DNA of 64,000 bases, from assembly GCF_036321535.1 (NCBI RefSeq), contig NC_087436.1, positions 67,334,001 through 67,398,000 on the forward strand, written 5' to 3'. The notes below the pieces were generated by a model. It worked only from the letters and a program-made list of their open reading frames with translations. It was not told the origin of the DNA and searched no databases. Position numbers and translations under genes: made by a program. This stretch comes from Camelus dromedarius (Eukaryota). Position 1 is the stretch's first letter; each line of letters begins with the position of its first letter. Of this stretch, positions 53,225 through 64,000 are shown piece after piece.

Positions 53225-54900
53225 TATAAATTTTTCTTTAAAATATATATAACTAGAACATATATTTCAAGTGTAAATAAACTAATAAAGTGAATAATCT
53301 TATTATGGTACGTGGAAAAATAATAGAACATTATCAGAACTTCAGAAGCACCCCAGATTTCCTTCCTCAATCATAAACTTGATCATTCCCCCAGAGTTAA
53401 CAGCTGTTGAGTTCTGTGATATTAATCACTTTTTAATTTCTTTAGTTTAGATTGATGTATGCATTCTAAAACAATGTCTTTTAAATTTATTTCTGAAATT
53501 TGTAACAATGGACTCAGAGAGTATATACTTTCATTGTATCTGGTTTCTTTTGTTCAAAATTGTATTTGTAAAATTCATCCAAATTGTTGCATGTAGATTT
53601 AGCTTACTCATTTTTATTTTCATATGATACTCCATTGTATAACTATACCACATATTTATTTAATCCATTCTACTGTAGGTGATCATTTGGGTTGTTTCTA
53701 TTTATTGTCTGTCCCAAACAATGCTGCTGTGGATGTACTGTGTGTATTTTTTGTGCACTTGATGGTTTATCTAGAAACTGTATATAGTGGTAGAATTGCT
53801 GGATCAGAGGATATGCAAATCTTAAAATTTAATAGATAATGTCAGAAATGTTCCAAAGAATATGGTAGTTCATGATCCTCTGCATCCTTGTTGCCAGTTG
53901 ATATTTTTAATAGTGATATTGTCTTAAAGCTTTAATTTGCTTTTCTTTGATTATGAATTTGATTATATATAATCTCTAATATTACTTACTTCAGTTTCCT
54001 TTTAGAAAACCCTCTTTATAAGTCTTTGGAAATTTTTTTTTAAATTTGAGTTAATATCTTTTTTTTAAACTGGTTGTAAAATGTTCTCATATTTTGGACC
54101 CTAGTTCTTTGTTAGCTTTTTTCATTTTTAATATTATCTCCTATGTTGCAATTGGAATTTGTATTCTCTTTATGTTACCTTTTGGTGAATGTAATTCTTA
54201 GTTTTACTGTATAGTAATTTATTGTTCTGTGGTTATTGTTTATGTTTCTTGTTTAATCATTCTTTCCTTGCAGCCGGTTATTGAAAATATTCACTCTATT
54301 ATGTCCTAATTATTTTATATTTTTAGCTTTTCTTTACTTGGAATTGGTTTTTTAATATGGCACGGTGAGAGGCTGTGATTTCATTGTATTTCATATAAAT
54401 ACCCCTTGCCCTATTACCATTTATTTCAAAGGGTGATCTGTCCCTATTGATCATTTTTAACATGTCATCTTGTTCATACATTAGTATATACATCTATCAA
54501 TCATTTTTTTCTATTTCTTTGTTCCATTTACATGGGTAATTTTCTACAATTGAAAAAATACATCATCTTATCACAAGTTTAATATTGTCTTGCTGTTTTC
54601 AGATTAAATGTTTCTACCTTGTCCTTTTATTAATGAGTGACTTGATTATTATTTTGCCTTTAGAGTCAGCTCTTAATTTTATACTAAAAATAAAAAATCT
54701 GTGGATATTTCAAGTAAAATTTTATATAACCTATTATAAATCTTGGGAAATTGTCATTTTCACAATATTGAGTTTTCCAGTCTAATAACATGATATATCT
54801 CCCCATTTATTTAGTTCTTCTTCCATTTTTATCTATAAATTTATATATTTTATCTGAAAAGCTTGCACAACCTTGAAATTAACTCCTATGTCTTCCATAT
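53225..54900 (-). mobile_element. Old LINE-1 3' end (L1ME3-like)
   Basis: aatagaacattatcagaacttcagaagcacccc..tccattgtataactataccaca..gtagaattgctggatcagagg..cacaatattgagttttccagtc. Confidence 0.8.
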
Positions 54901-54939
54901 GTTCAGATCACTGTACTTTATTTCTGTTTAAGTATCATT

Positions 54940-55112
54940 ATGTTTGTATCTTATCACTTCCTACACTACACTGAAAGTATTTTTTTTATATGTGTTTGTC
55001 TCTCACACTAGATTTGTAGTCTACTCAAGGACAGGGAATATGTCTCATACATTTTTGAGCCTAACACAGTTTCTCATTTGGATGCTCAGGAAACATATGT
55101 TTATTAAAATGT
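54940..55112 (+). mobile_element. L2 3' end
   Basis: tgtctctcacactagatttgtagtctactcaaggacagggaatatgtctca..gcctaacacagt..tgctcaggaaacatatgttt. Confidence 0.65.
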
Positions 55113-55242
55113 GACAAATATTCAGCCATATGGAAATGGTTGTGACCGTTTATAAACCATTTAGCATTATGTCATATGAGAAATGATTATACAGATGGTC
55201 ATATCATGGAAACATATCCATGGCATTTTAAATAAACAATTT

Positions 55243-56082
55243 GGAGTTATCCTCATCTTCCCTGACTCACATCTCTCATTTACTCCATCAGTAGATCACG
55301 TTGGGCTTAGTTCTTAAACTACACTTAGAAATCATACTCTTTACCTCTACCCTCTGCCCTATACATTAGTCCAAATTTCTTTTATAGAGTTATCACAGTA
55401 ATCATTTAAAAGTAAAATGAAATCAAAAGAATACTCTTTTTAAAATACTCTAAATCACTTTTCATCCACTCTGAGCAGAGTAAAAGTCTTTACAAGTCTA
55501 CAAGACTGTAGATGATCTGGCCTTGTCTTATCTCCAAATGCATCTATTATATTTAGCATCACATACTATTTTTCATCTGTATTGACCTCCCAGAGGTTCC
55601 TTGATCACACTTCTGTTTCAACTCTTTGTGCTTACTCTTCCTTCTAAATTGGACCCTTTCTAGATACTCAGATAGATTTATTTCTTGCCTCTAGTAAGTT
55701 TTTGCTGAAATGCCATATTTTCAGTGAGGCTTTCCATGACAAATCTACCCAAAATAGCTCTGCTCCATCTTCCTCCACATAAACTTCAATCTTTATGCCC
55801 ATTTCCTATTCTACTTTCCGTACAACTCTTATTACCACTAAACATCTAACATGTCTTTACCACCCAACATGTGTAAGATTATATGAACACATTTTGTGTA
55901 ATGTACTTACTTATATTATTTATTGCCTGTCTTCCCCTACTTTAGAATGTAAGTTCCCATGGTAGGGAGGTTTTGGGTTTTTTGTTTGTCTTTTGTTCAC
56001 TTCTGTGTCTGGTACTGAGAATAGTTACCTGGCACATGGTATGATTCAAAACTTATGTTTAAATAAAATTATGTAAATGAAC
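55243..56082 (+). mobile_element. L2 (L2a-like) 3' portion
   Basis: tgatctggcctt..ttcagtgaggctttccatgac..ttattgcctgtcttcccctactttagaatgtaagttccc..cctggcacatggta. Confidence 0.8.
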
Positions 56083-56779
56083 AATGTTTGAAAATTATTT
56101 TAACTGGTTTAATATGAAATTATAGAGATTTTTGTGTGTGTTCCTAAATAATATGCTATGACAGTTTTTAGCCCTGTACTTATTATCTGAGCTGTTGCAT
56201 GAATGTATTAAGTATCTCACAAAATTTGGATTACAAATAAAATAATAGATATAATTGATACATAAAACATAACCAATAAAATGAATAATGTGACTTCTCT
56301 ATTTACATTTTAACAGATAGAGTCATCAAACCGTACTCTTGAGGGAAAAAAGCAAATAGCTTAAGCATTTAATATATCCCAGACATAAGTGTTATGTCAG
56401 TTTGCTATTTGGAAGTCATTTTTATAATGCCACATGTGCTTGAAAGGGATTTCTCTTTAATTGTCATCATATTTCAGATACACAGTGAGAAGCCCATTAA
56501 CTATGACCTTGCCAAAGAAAAAAACAGAGGAATAGTAGTTAGAATGATAGAATCTTTCTTTGGAAGTACATAGTTGGCAATGAGACCAGATTTTCCTAGA
56601 TCATTAATAACATATGTTCTAGTGCTTGTCCTTTAATTACTTAAAAAAAAAGTTTTAACAAAATCAAATTTGAAAGTCTTCCTTTAAAATGTCTGATCAA
56701 CAATTACTGGCATATAAACCAAAAATAAATTATAGAAAATTATTTTGCAAGTTCAAAATATAAGTAGTATTTTTAAATT

Positions 56780-57272
56780 TTAGATTAATGTTGATGCAAC
56801 ACCAACTGTCCCAAACATTTTGAGTTAAAGCTAATTTATTATTTCTCCCAATTCAGCTGTTTAGCCTGTCATTTCTTCTTTTGGTTGCACCTGGGCTCAC
56901 TCACGTGCCTACCTTCGGCAAGAGGATCAGCTGACCTGGGAGATTAAAGATGGCTTCACTCACACATCTCAGAACTGCTGCTGGCTGACTGTCCATTTGG
57001 GTGCCTCGCTTCTTCTCTGCAGAGCCTCTCAACTTACTGGAGGTAAGAATGGGGTTATTTATATGTGGTTAGAACTGTTTCAAGAGGGTCAAGGTAGAAG
57101 TTGCAAAACCTTACAAGACCTGGGCTCCAGAACCCACACAATGTCTCTTCTACAACTGTTTATTGTTCAAAGCAGGTTATAAGGGCTGCCAGGATTTAAG
57201 GGATTGGGGAACAGGCTCCACTTCTAATGAGAAGAGCTATATACAATCTATGGCTGTGTTTCATCTACCATA
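56780..57272 (-). mobile_element. ERVL-MaLR solo LTR (MLT1H-like)
   Basis: cctgggctcactcacgtg..aagatggcttcactcaca..gaagttgcaaaacc..gctccacttctaatgagaagagct..catctaccata. Confidence 0.8.
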
Positions 57273-58117
57273 GTACCATAAGACAGTTTCATCAAATTTT
57301 GCAGTAAGCTCTTGAGTCTCAGAGGTGGCGTTTAAGAGTTGTAACAGCTTGCAGATTTATAGATAGAAGGTAACTAATTTAATGACAGATTGAAAAATAG
57401 TGAATATAAGAACTCAATGTGATGAACAATTACATAGTTCATTGTTCTACAGCCACTTGGTTTTACGATTTATTTTACCAGAAAATGAAGTAAAATAGAA
57501 ACAAAACAGTTTGTCAAATCAAAGTGGAGGTAAAACCAAAGTTTTTTGCACAGTGAATATGTTATAGGTTTGACTGAACTTCACTGTGGTGGTTAATGAG
57601 TAGAATACAAGTATATAAAGCATAATCTTTTCCCACACAGATTTTCCATTCCCTAAGGGAGGATAATATACAAATATATCAAATGGCTCAAACTTCCTCT
57701 TCGGTGTGTAGTGCCTTGCTGTGCTAATAGTATAGCAACCAGAGGATTAGTTACTAGCATCAGCACCTGTGTCAAATCAGAGACAAGATACAAAGCGTAA
57801 GATGAAATCAGCAAATTTGAGCAGGATTAGATCAGTAGCGGCTGAGGTTTAAACAAAGTGGGGGTAAGAACCCAGGAGAAATGATTCGTAGGCTCATCAC
57901 ATGCAGCTGGAAAACAAACTGGAAAAAAAAATCCTTTAGGATCAGATACTTTTATGGTATTGGCAATGTCTATGGCTATTAGTTTAACTATGCCAAGGTC
58001 AGCTAGGGTTGCTGACATTATGCAAAGACATAGGAACACACAAACAAACACACTCTCTCTCTCCTCTCTCTCTCTCTTACTTAAGGGCTAAATTTAGTCT
58101 TAAAGGCAGCCTGAAAT

Positions 58118-58305
58118 AGTCTCGATCTTCAAATTTTAGTGTCCATTGGAATCACTTGGAGCACTCGCTGAATGACAGACAGCTGGTTTCCACTCCCAGT
58201 TTCCTCTGGTTTGCTAGGTCTGGGGTGATGCCTGAGAATTTGCATCTCTAACAAGTCCCAGATGATGCTGCTGGTGCAAGAAACTCACTTTGAGGAACAT
58301 TACCC
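58118..58305. mobile_element. hAT-Charlie MITE (MER5A-like)
   Basis: gaatcacttggagc..taggtctggggtg..cctgagaatttgcatctctaacaagtcccagatgatgctg..cactttgag. Confidence 0.8.
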
Positions 58306-58439
58306 TGAATCAAACCAAAGCACCAGAACAGCCTTCAAATGTTACGCCCTAAACGTCAGGTTATCCGTACCCAGGATACCAGAAGCTCTGTTAGCTCTGA
58401 CATCACTGCTGCTCCTTAGAGAAGCGGTTGTTTTTTAAA

Positions 58440-58630
58440 CTACCACAAAGGTCTCCTCTGCAACACCATCCTGGCCTTTATAGTCTCACTTCAGAAACCT
58501 TTATATAACATTCATATCCAATGATAATTGGTTTGTATGTTTCTCACCTCTGTTATGAGATCATTAAAGGCAAGGAAACTTGTGTTATTTGTCTGAATCC
58601 TCACATTTCAATGTTTTTGAAGGAATAAAT
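58440..58630 (+). mobile_element. L2 3' end
   Basis: tgtttctcacctctgttatgagatcattaaaggcaagga..tttttgaaggaataaat. Confidence 0.45.
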
Positions 58631-61600
58631 TTGGAAAACTGTAGTACAGTGAAAAATTAAAGTGTCTATAATTTATCACGAGAAAGGAGAAGGAATAGTG
58701 CTACCCAGAGGGAAAGGATTTCAGGCAGAGAGAAATTTACTGAGTAAATTCATACAATTGGGGAAAGATAGCCTATTTTAGTTAGCTTGAAATAACTTTG
58801 CCAAAAATATCAGAATTTTTAAATTTATATATAAAATAAGAAAGTATTTCAGACAATGAGATACTAGATAATCATCATGAACATCTGTTCTAATATATGG
58901 CCAGTGTTCAGTCACTTCCTTTGATAACAATTCTGAGTATGTCCTTGTGCATTAATAATGCAGTGGCTAGCACCATCCATTGTTACTTGTCCCTCTTTTT
59001 GGAGTGACTAAAAAGCAGAACGAAAATCTATGTCAATATTAAATTTAAAAGTGCTCAGAATTAGAGGTTAGAGATTATAACAAAATAATCTAATTTATAA
59101 ATGTTCAGAAATCAAATTTATTTAGAATTCATAATATAAAATAAAATCAATAAAGCTACTTAATATATTTCAAATACAAAATATATATACACTAAAAGCA
59201 TAATATTGACCAAAATTAATAACCTAATAGTTGTTTATAAATTAATACTAACATAAAATATTCAAAATAAAAAACTAACATGAAAATTTACACATAAACT
59301 AATTTTATATTAGTAATATAGTAAATATATAGTAATATATTAAATATAATTATCTATACCAATATAATTTTATTTAAAAATGTGATCTTTAGACAAAGAA
59401 CTTCTATGCTTCTGGCATTAACTTGTAAGAATTTGTATTTGCTCACACATGCAAACATATTTCTATCAAATTGAGAAATTAACTGTGACTTTAGTGTAGT
59501 TGGGGACTATTGAAGTAATAGATATCCATGAGCTAATTTCAGGTATTTTCATCAAGTTCTTTCATCCTCAGGTAAGCCCACATTTTCCCAGCTAATCTGG
59601 AAAAAAGTTTTCCTTCCTAATGGCAGTAATATAAATATTTGTATTGAAAAATACCAATAACTGCTGTTTTCAGTTTTTTCCAGTCAACTTCATTTTCTTT
59701 TGTTTAAATCATCAACTTCATTATTGTCATCTTCATATTCTACTTGTCCCAAAAAATCTTATATTAGAGATACATTTATTCTTGCCTGATAATTCGTCCT
59801 TTGTCTTTGTTTTTCTTATACTTTCATGTTCTTTTTCCTCCTCACTTTCCTCCTGCTCCTCCTACTTCTTTTTACTTTTGGCAATTACTAAAAGGGTACA
59901 AAAAAATCTACACAAATGTACAGAAATAATACATTCCCCTTGCAATACTGTAAAAGTGCATTAAAATTTATATATGACTATGCAATTATCATCAGATAGA
60001 ATTTTACACAATGATCCTACTTAGATAAACAATTTTAATCATTTAATCATTAATATCCCCTAAGCATTCAAGGATATGTCTGTAAAGAGAAGGCAATTCA
60101 CTGGGAAAGAACTTTTATTTGCTTTTCTTATAATATGGTAAATAGAGTTTTAGCAGTATTTGAATATATAATCCCATGCATTTGTATTTTTAAGAAATAT
60201 AATATTTATCTACTTAGCATCTCCAGTCACTTATAAGTTATGCTTTACTCTTGAATAATTACTTTGGTTTTCTGTTTTTGAATTCTTAATTAAAACTCCC
60301 ATAATATAAATTCATTATGTTTTTTTAGCTCATTGTTTTGGCTTCTGCATTTATGTAAAACATGTACTATTTTGGAAAATTACTTCATTGTAATGGTCAA
60401 TATTAGAGATCATATTTGCATCTGTTATTTTTTCATATACATAATTTGGTGAACTTTTTCAACAGTTGGAAAATTTACAACTGAATGTCAAAATCAGGAA
60501 ATGGACTTTATAATGTATAATTACTTTATAAACTTTCAAATACTTGGGAGAATGTTCCAGTGGAAGAAACTGTCTTGTTTAGTACAATAATTTAGGAGTT
60601 TGAAAAGGTTTGGGGGGGTGTGCAATGCATACAAGGGCAATGGAATTGGGTGACTGATCCTCAGTTGTATTGACATCCTACAGCAAATGAAAAGCAGAAC
60701 TGTTAATACAAATATTGAAGACTAAGTGTGAAGGTCAAGGGCCTTTTGGTAGCTTACAAAGAGGCACTTGTCTGTTATAAGAGGAGAGCAGGAAAATGTA
60801 AAGACTAAACTCAGGATTTAGTATTTAGAGTCCCTGAGTTTCAAAGACCCATGGAATCAACAGCTGATGAAGGTCTGTTATGCTCAAGTTAGGGTCCTGG
60901 TTCAAAATTTCAGGCATTCAGGCATGGGGGCATCTGCATACATATACCCAAGATTTGGCTCCCCTGTCTTCTAAGTCCTAAATTTGCAGAAGTGGTCCAC
61001 CCTTAGCTCATAAAAACCTGTTGCTTTCCTTGAATAGAAAGCCACTGAAGAGGCCTCTTTCCCACAACATAAAAGATTCTGGTCTCTTAAGATCTTTTCC
61101 CAACTCTTCGGTTACTGCCAACTGTAGCATAATCCAGCCAGGCATATGCTAGACCTGATGACGGAGAAAAGACTCAGTGACCCAAAGGAGCTGAAAAGTT
61201 AGCCAGCACATCTCATCAGGAGCTAGGAGTGCCAGTGCAACTGGATTAAGAGGATGCTTGATAACCAAGGGGACCTGAAATGTAAGATTGGAAAAGAGAA
61301 TTTATTGATTTGAGGATAATTCTGAGATACAGTATATAATACCTTGGTAAGAAACCCAGAAGTAGATGCTAATGAGCAGTTTGGATGAAATGGAGAAAAT
61401 GTAGGCCTTGTTGAGTGATATGAAAATATTTGGATTTCTATAGCAGGTGCTAGTGAGAGGGATTAAAAGGCCCAGGAAAGTGGGCATGGCAGTGTTTATA
61501 TTACCTTAGGGCAGAAGAACCTCTACCCCATTCACTAAAGTCATAATGAGCTGGTGACAGATGCATCAGTTTCACTAAGACATTCAGTGTTGGTTGGCCC

Positions 61601-62339
61601 TTCTCTATAGCTAGGGCTAATGGCAGGAAAGGCTGTCACACAGCTTAGTTGGTTTCAGGATGATGGGCCTCAAAGAAATAGATACCAAATGGTCATGCTA
61701 AAATGCCAGACACCGGGTGGTCACAGTTACCATACCAGCATGGTGAGAGTTGCTGTTACGGTAACTGTACCCATATAGGATTAGGCAAATGAAGACTAGA
61801 CTTTGGCATCCCTGAGGGCAAAATAAGTGGGCAGCCAGTCAGGTTCTGCATGATATACATAAAAGAATGGAAAACTGGATAAGTAGGAGTCCAAGGGTGG
61901 TTACCTCAATAAAAGTTCAAGGCCCCTTACCTAATTCCTGGGAATAAGACACTTTTCAGAGCTTAAACTGTTGAATTAAATGGTGACTGGTCCCCAAGAG
62001 GAAAGACTCTGCAACCACAGAGTAGTATATGTGTCTTTCCTTCATATACCCTAAAGGCATTCTTCACTCATGTGTACCCTATGCTGGGGAAAGGGGAATA
62101 ACAGACATTTTAATAACTACTGAAAACAGGGTCTCAGATGATACTAATACTCAGACTCTAAACATTATCATAGTTCTCAGAAAAAATGCTGGCATATTAG
62201 AATCATGTACAACATGAAGGCCTGGCTAAAGTCTCATCTACAGTGAGCCTCCAAGTTACACATACTCATTTGTTGGTCAGTTCCCAAAACTCTGAATATG
62301 TAATTGAGATTGACATACTTGGCAGTTTAAGCAGCCTTT

Positions 62340-62633
62340 GTATGTATATATTTTTTACTGAAGTATAGTCAGTTTACAATGTTGTGTCAATTTCTGGTAT
62401 ACAGCATAATGCTTGTCATACATGAACATAAATTTATTCTTTTTCATATTCTTTTTCACCATGTTACTACAAGATATCAAATATAGTTCCCTGCACTATA
62501 CAGCATGAAATTGTTTATCTATTCTATATATATCAGTTAGTATCTGCAAATCTCTCACAATTTATCCCCTCCAACCTTCCTCCCACCCTGGTAACCACAA
62601 ATTTGTTCTCTATTCTTAGAGTCTGTTTCTGCA
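62340..62633 (-). mobile_element. Young 5'-truncated LINE-1 3' UTR inserted into the ERV-L, with TSD
   Basis: ttttactgaagtatagtcagtttacaatgttgtgtcaatttctgg..ggtaaccacaaatttgttctcta; TSD aagcagccttt (62329-62339) / aagcaaccttt (62634-62644). Confidence 0.9.
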
Positions 62634-62866
62634 AAGCAACCTTTATATTAGGCTCTTGGTCTGTGAAGTAAACCTATTATAGTGAGAAAGGTCAAATGGG
62701 ACCTTCTGAAACCTCAACTTCCAAGGGAGTAAATGAAAAAAAAGTAACAGCCTTGTGTGTGGGCAGGGGCAGGTGAAATGATGTTTAGTCACTTCTAAGT
62801 ATCTCAAGAATGCACAGTCGTTGTCCTTTATAATACCTTCATTTACTTTGCCAGTCTAGAGAATTC

Positions 62867-63400
62867 TGGAGAATTCCTGTGGATTACTGCAAGCTCAACC
62901 ATGTGATAGCCCCAATTTCAATAGCCAGGATACATTTAGTATCTTTATTAGAGCAGCTTAATACAGTCTGAATACATGGGATGTGGCCTTTGATTTGGGG
63001 GGGGGGGGGTGTTTATGTTCAATTTCAGTGAAGAAGGGTGGACTGAAACACTTCTCATTCATGAGGCCCACAAATGGAGCATCAGTGGTGGCAGCAGTAG
63101 AGATTGCATGGGCCCATCAGCATGGGTTCCTACTTACCAAGGCTTATCTAGTTATTGCGTCTTCTGAATGCCCAACATGCCAGCAACAGAAACAAATGAT
63201 GAACCCTTGATATTACCATTCCTCAAAAGAACCAACTAGCTACCTGGTTGTAAGTTTGCTTTACTGGGTCCCTCTCATTTGAAAGGGCCTGCAATTTGTT
63301 CTCGAAACAATAGGCATCTGTCCTGGGAATGGGTTTGTATTTTCTGCTGAAAGTGCCTCAGCTGGTACCACTGCCTAAAGACTTAAAAGGGCCTCATTCC
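62867..63400 (+). pseudogene. ERV-L pol relic: RT N-terminus joined to integrase N-terminus
   Basis: RT motifs at 62867-63063, then integrase zinc-finger CPTC and downstream core-like sequence; stops and frameshifts. Confidence 0.8.
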
Positions 63401-63668
63401 TGGGCACAGGATTTTACACAGGGGAATTGCATTCCTTTGGGAATGAAAATATGTGACACTCCACTAGGTAAGTCACCAAAACCAGCAAAAATATAGCTGA
63501 GGGGGAAGGAACTTTGGAAGGAATATTGAAGGAAAAAGGTGGCGAGTAGTAATTAAGGCCTTCTAACTTCTAAGTCTCCCCTTAGGAAATGAGGGCCACT
63601 AGAAACCTGTTGGAGTTTCTCTCCATATGCATATGAAGAAGTGGGTCCATGCATCATAAACGTTGATC

Positions 63669-64000
63669 TGTGGCAGCCCCGGAAGTGCACCACTCAGTTA
63701 TCCCTTCAAAAAAAGAACCTGCCTCCAGCTCCAGCAATTTGAGAATCTTCTGCTGCTTTCTATCAAGGCCAGGCTCTTCAGAGGGAAGCCCAGGCAGTAG
63801 ATGAGTGCAGCAGGAGTACTGAGGCTTGGCCATTTCTTGGCAGCACCAGGCTCCTTTAAGACCACCTTTGTTCTAGAGCTCCCTGTTTTGGGGCAGAAAC
63901 CCTGTTAGATCTTCATCACAGCCTAAGGTTCTCTCTGCGTTCTCCACCTTAACCCCTTCTCTATCACAGGTGCCAGATCAGAGTTGCTACCTGAAGCCTT
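63669..64000 (+). mobile_element. LTR16-family 3' LTR, truncated by the window end
   Basis: Starts tgtggcagcc..cactcagttatcccttcaa; cttggccatttct..gctcctttaa..gagctccctgtt..tcacaggtg. Confidence 0.8.

Larger units (their letters stand above)
60580..63668 (+). mobile_element. ERV-L internal region (ERV3-16A3-like) with decayed gag, protease, RT start and integrase
   Basis: gag-like PKEL and GIKRPRKVGM; protease WGKGN (62085) and LLKTGSQMILI (62117; cf. LLDTGSELTLI); RT WRIPVDYCKLNHVIAPI..VSLLEQLNT (62867); integrase AWAHQHG..LTKA..ECPTCQQQ. Confidence 0.9.

Overview
AT-rich, CpG-poor mammalian non-coding DNA (long intron or gene desert), built largely from transposable-element relics. These include LINE-1 of several ages, L2, MIR, ERVL-MaLR/ERVL LTRs, one ERV1-type solo LTR, two decayed LTR16/ERV3-16A3-type ERV-L proviruses (gag, protease, RT, integrase and dUTPase relics), hAT and Tigger MITEs, and microsatellites. 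The youngest L1 3' ends look cetartiodactyl, most like camelid copies as I recall them, and I saw no ruminant, pig or primate SINEs; this taxon call is an inference. No host protein-coding exon, RNA gene or CRISPR array is supported, and the only ORFs with real protein similarity are retroelement fragments. I did not find a convincing new biological system. The best leads are a tail-less internal L1 RT fragment with a perfect 15-bp target-site duplication, an unexplained ~110-bp dispersed duplication, a consensus DR5 nuclear-receptor site in a repeat-free block, and a MEIS/HOX/NR4A motif cluster. Repeat family names come from recalled consensus sequences, not a search, and boundaries of old repeats are approximate.
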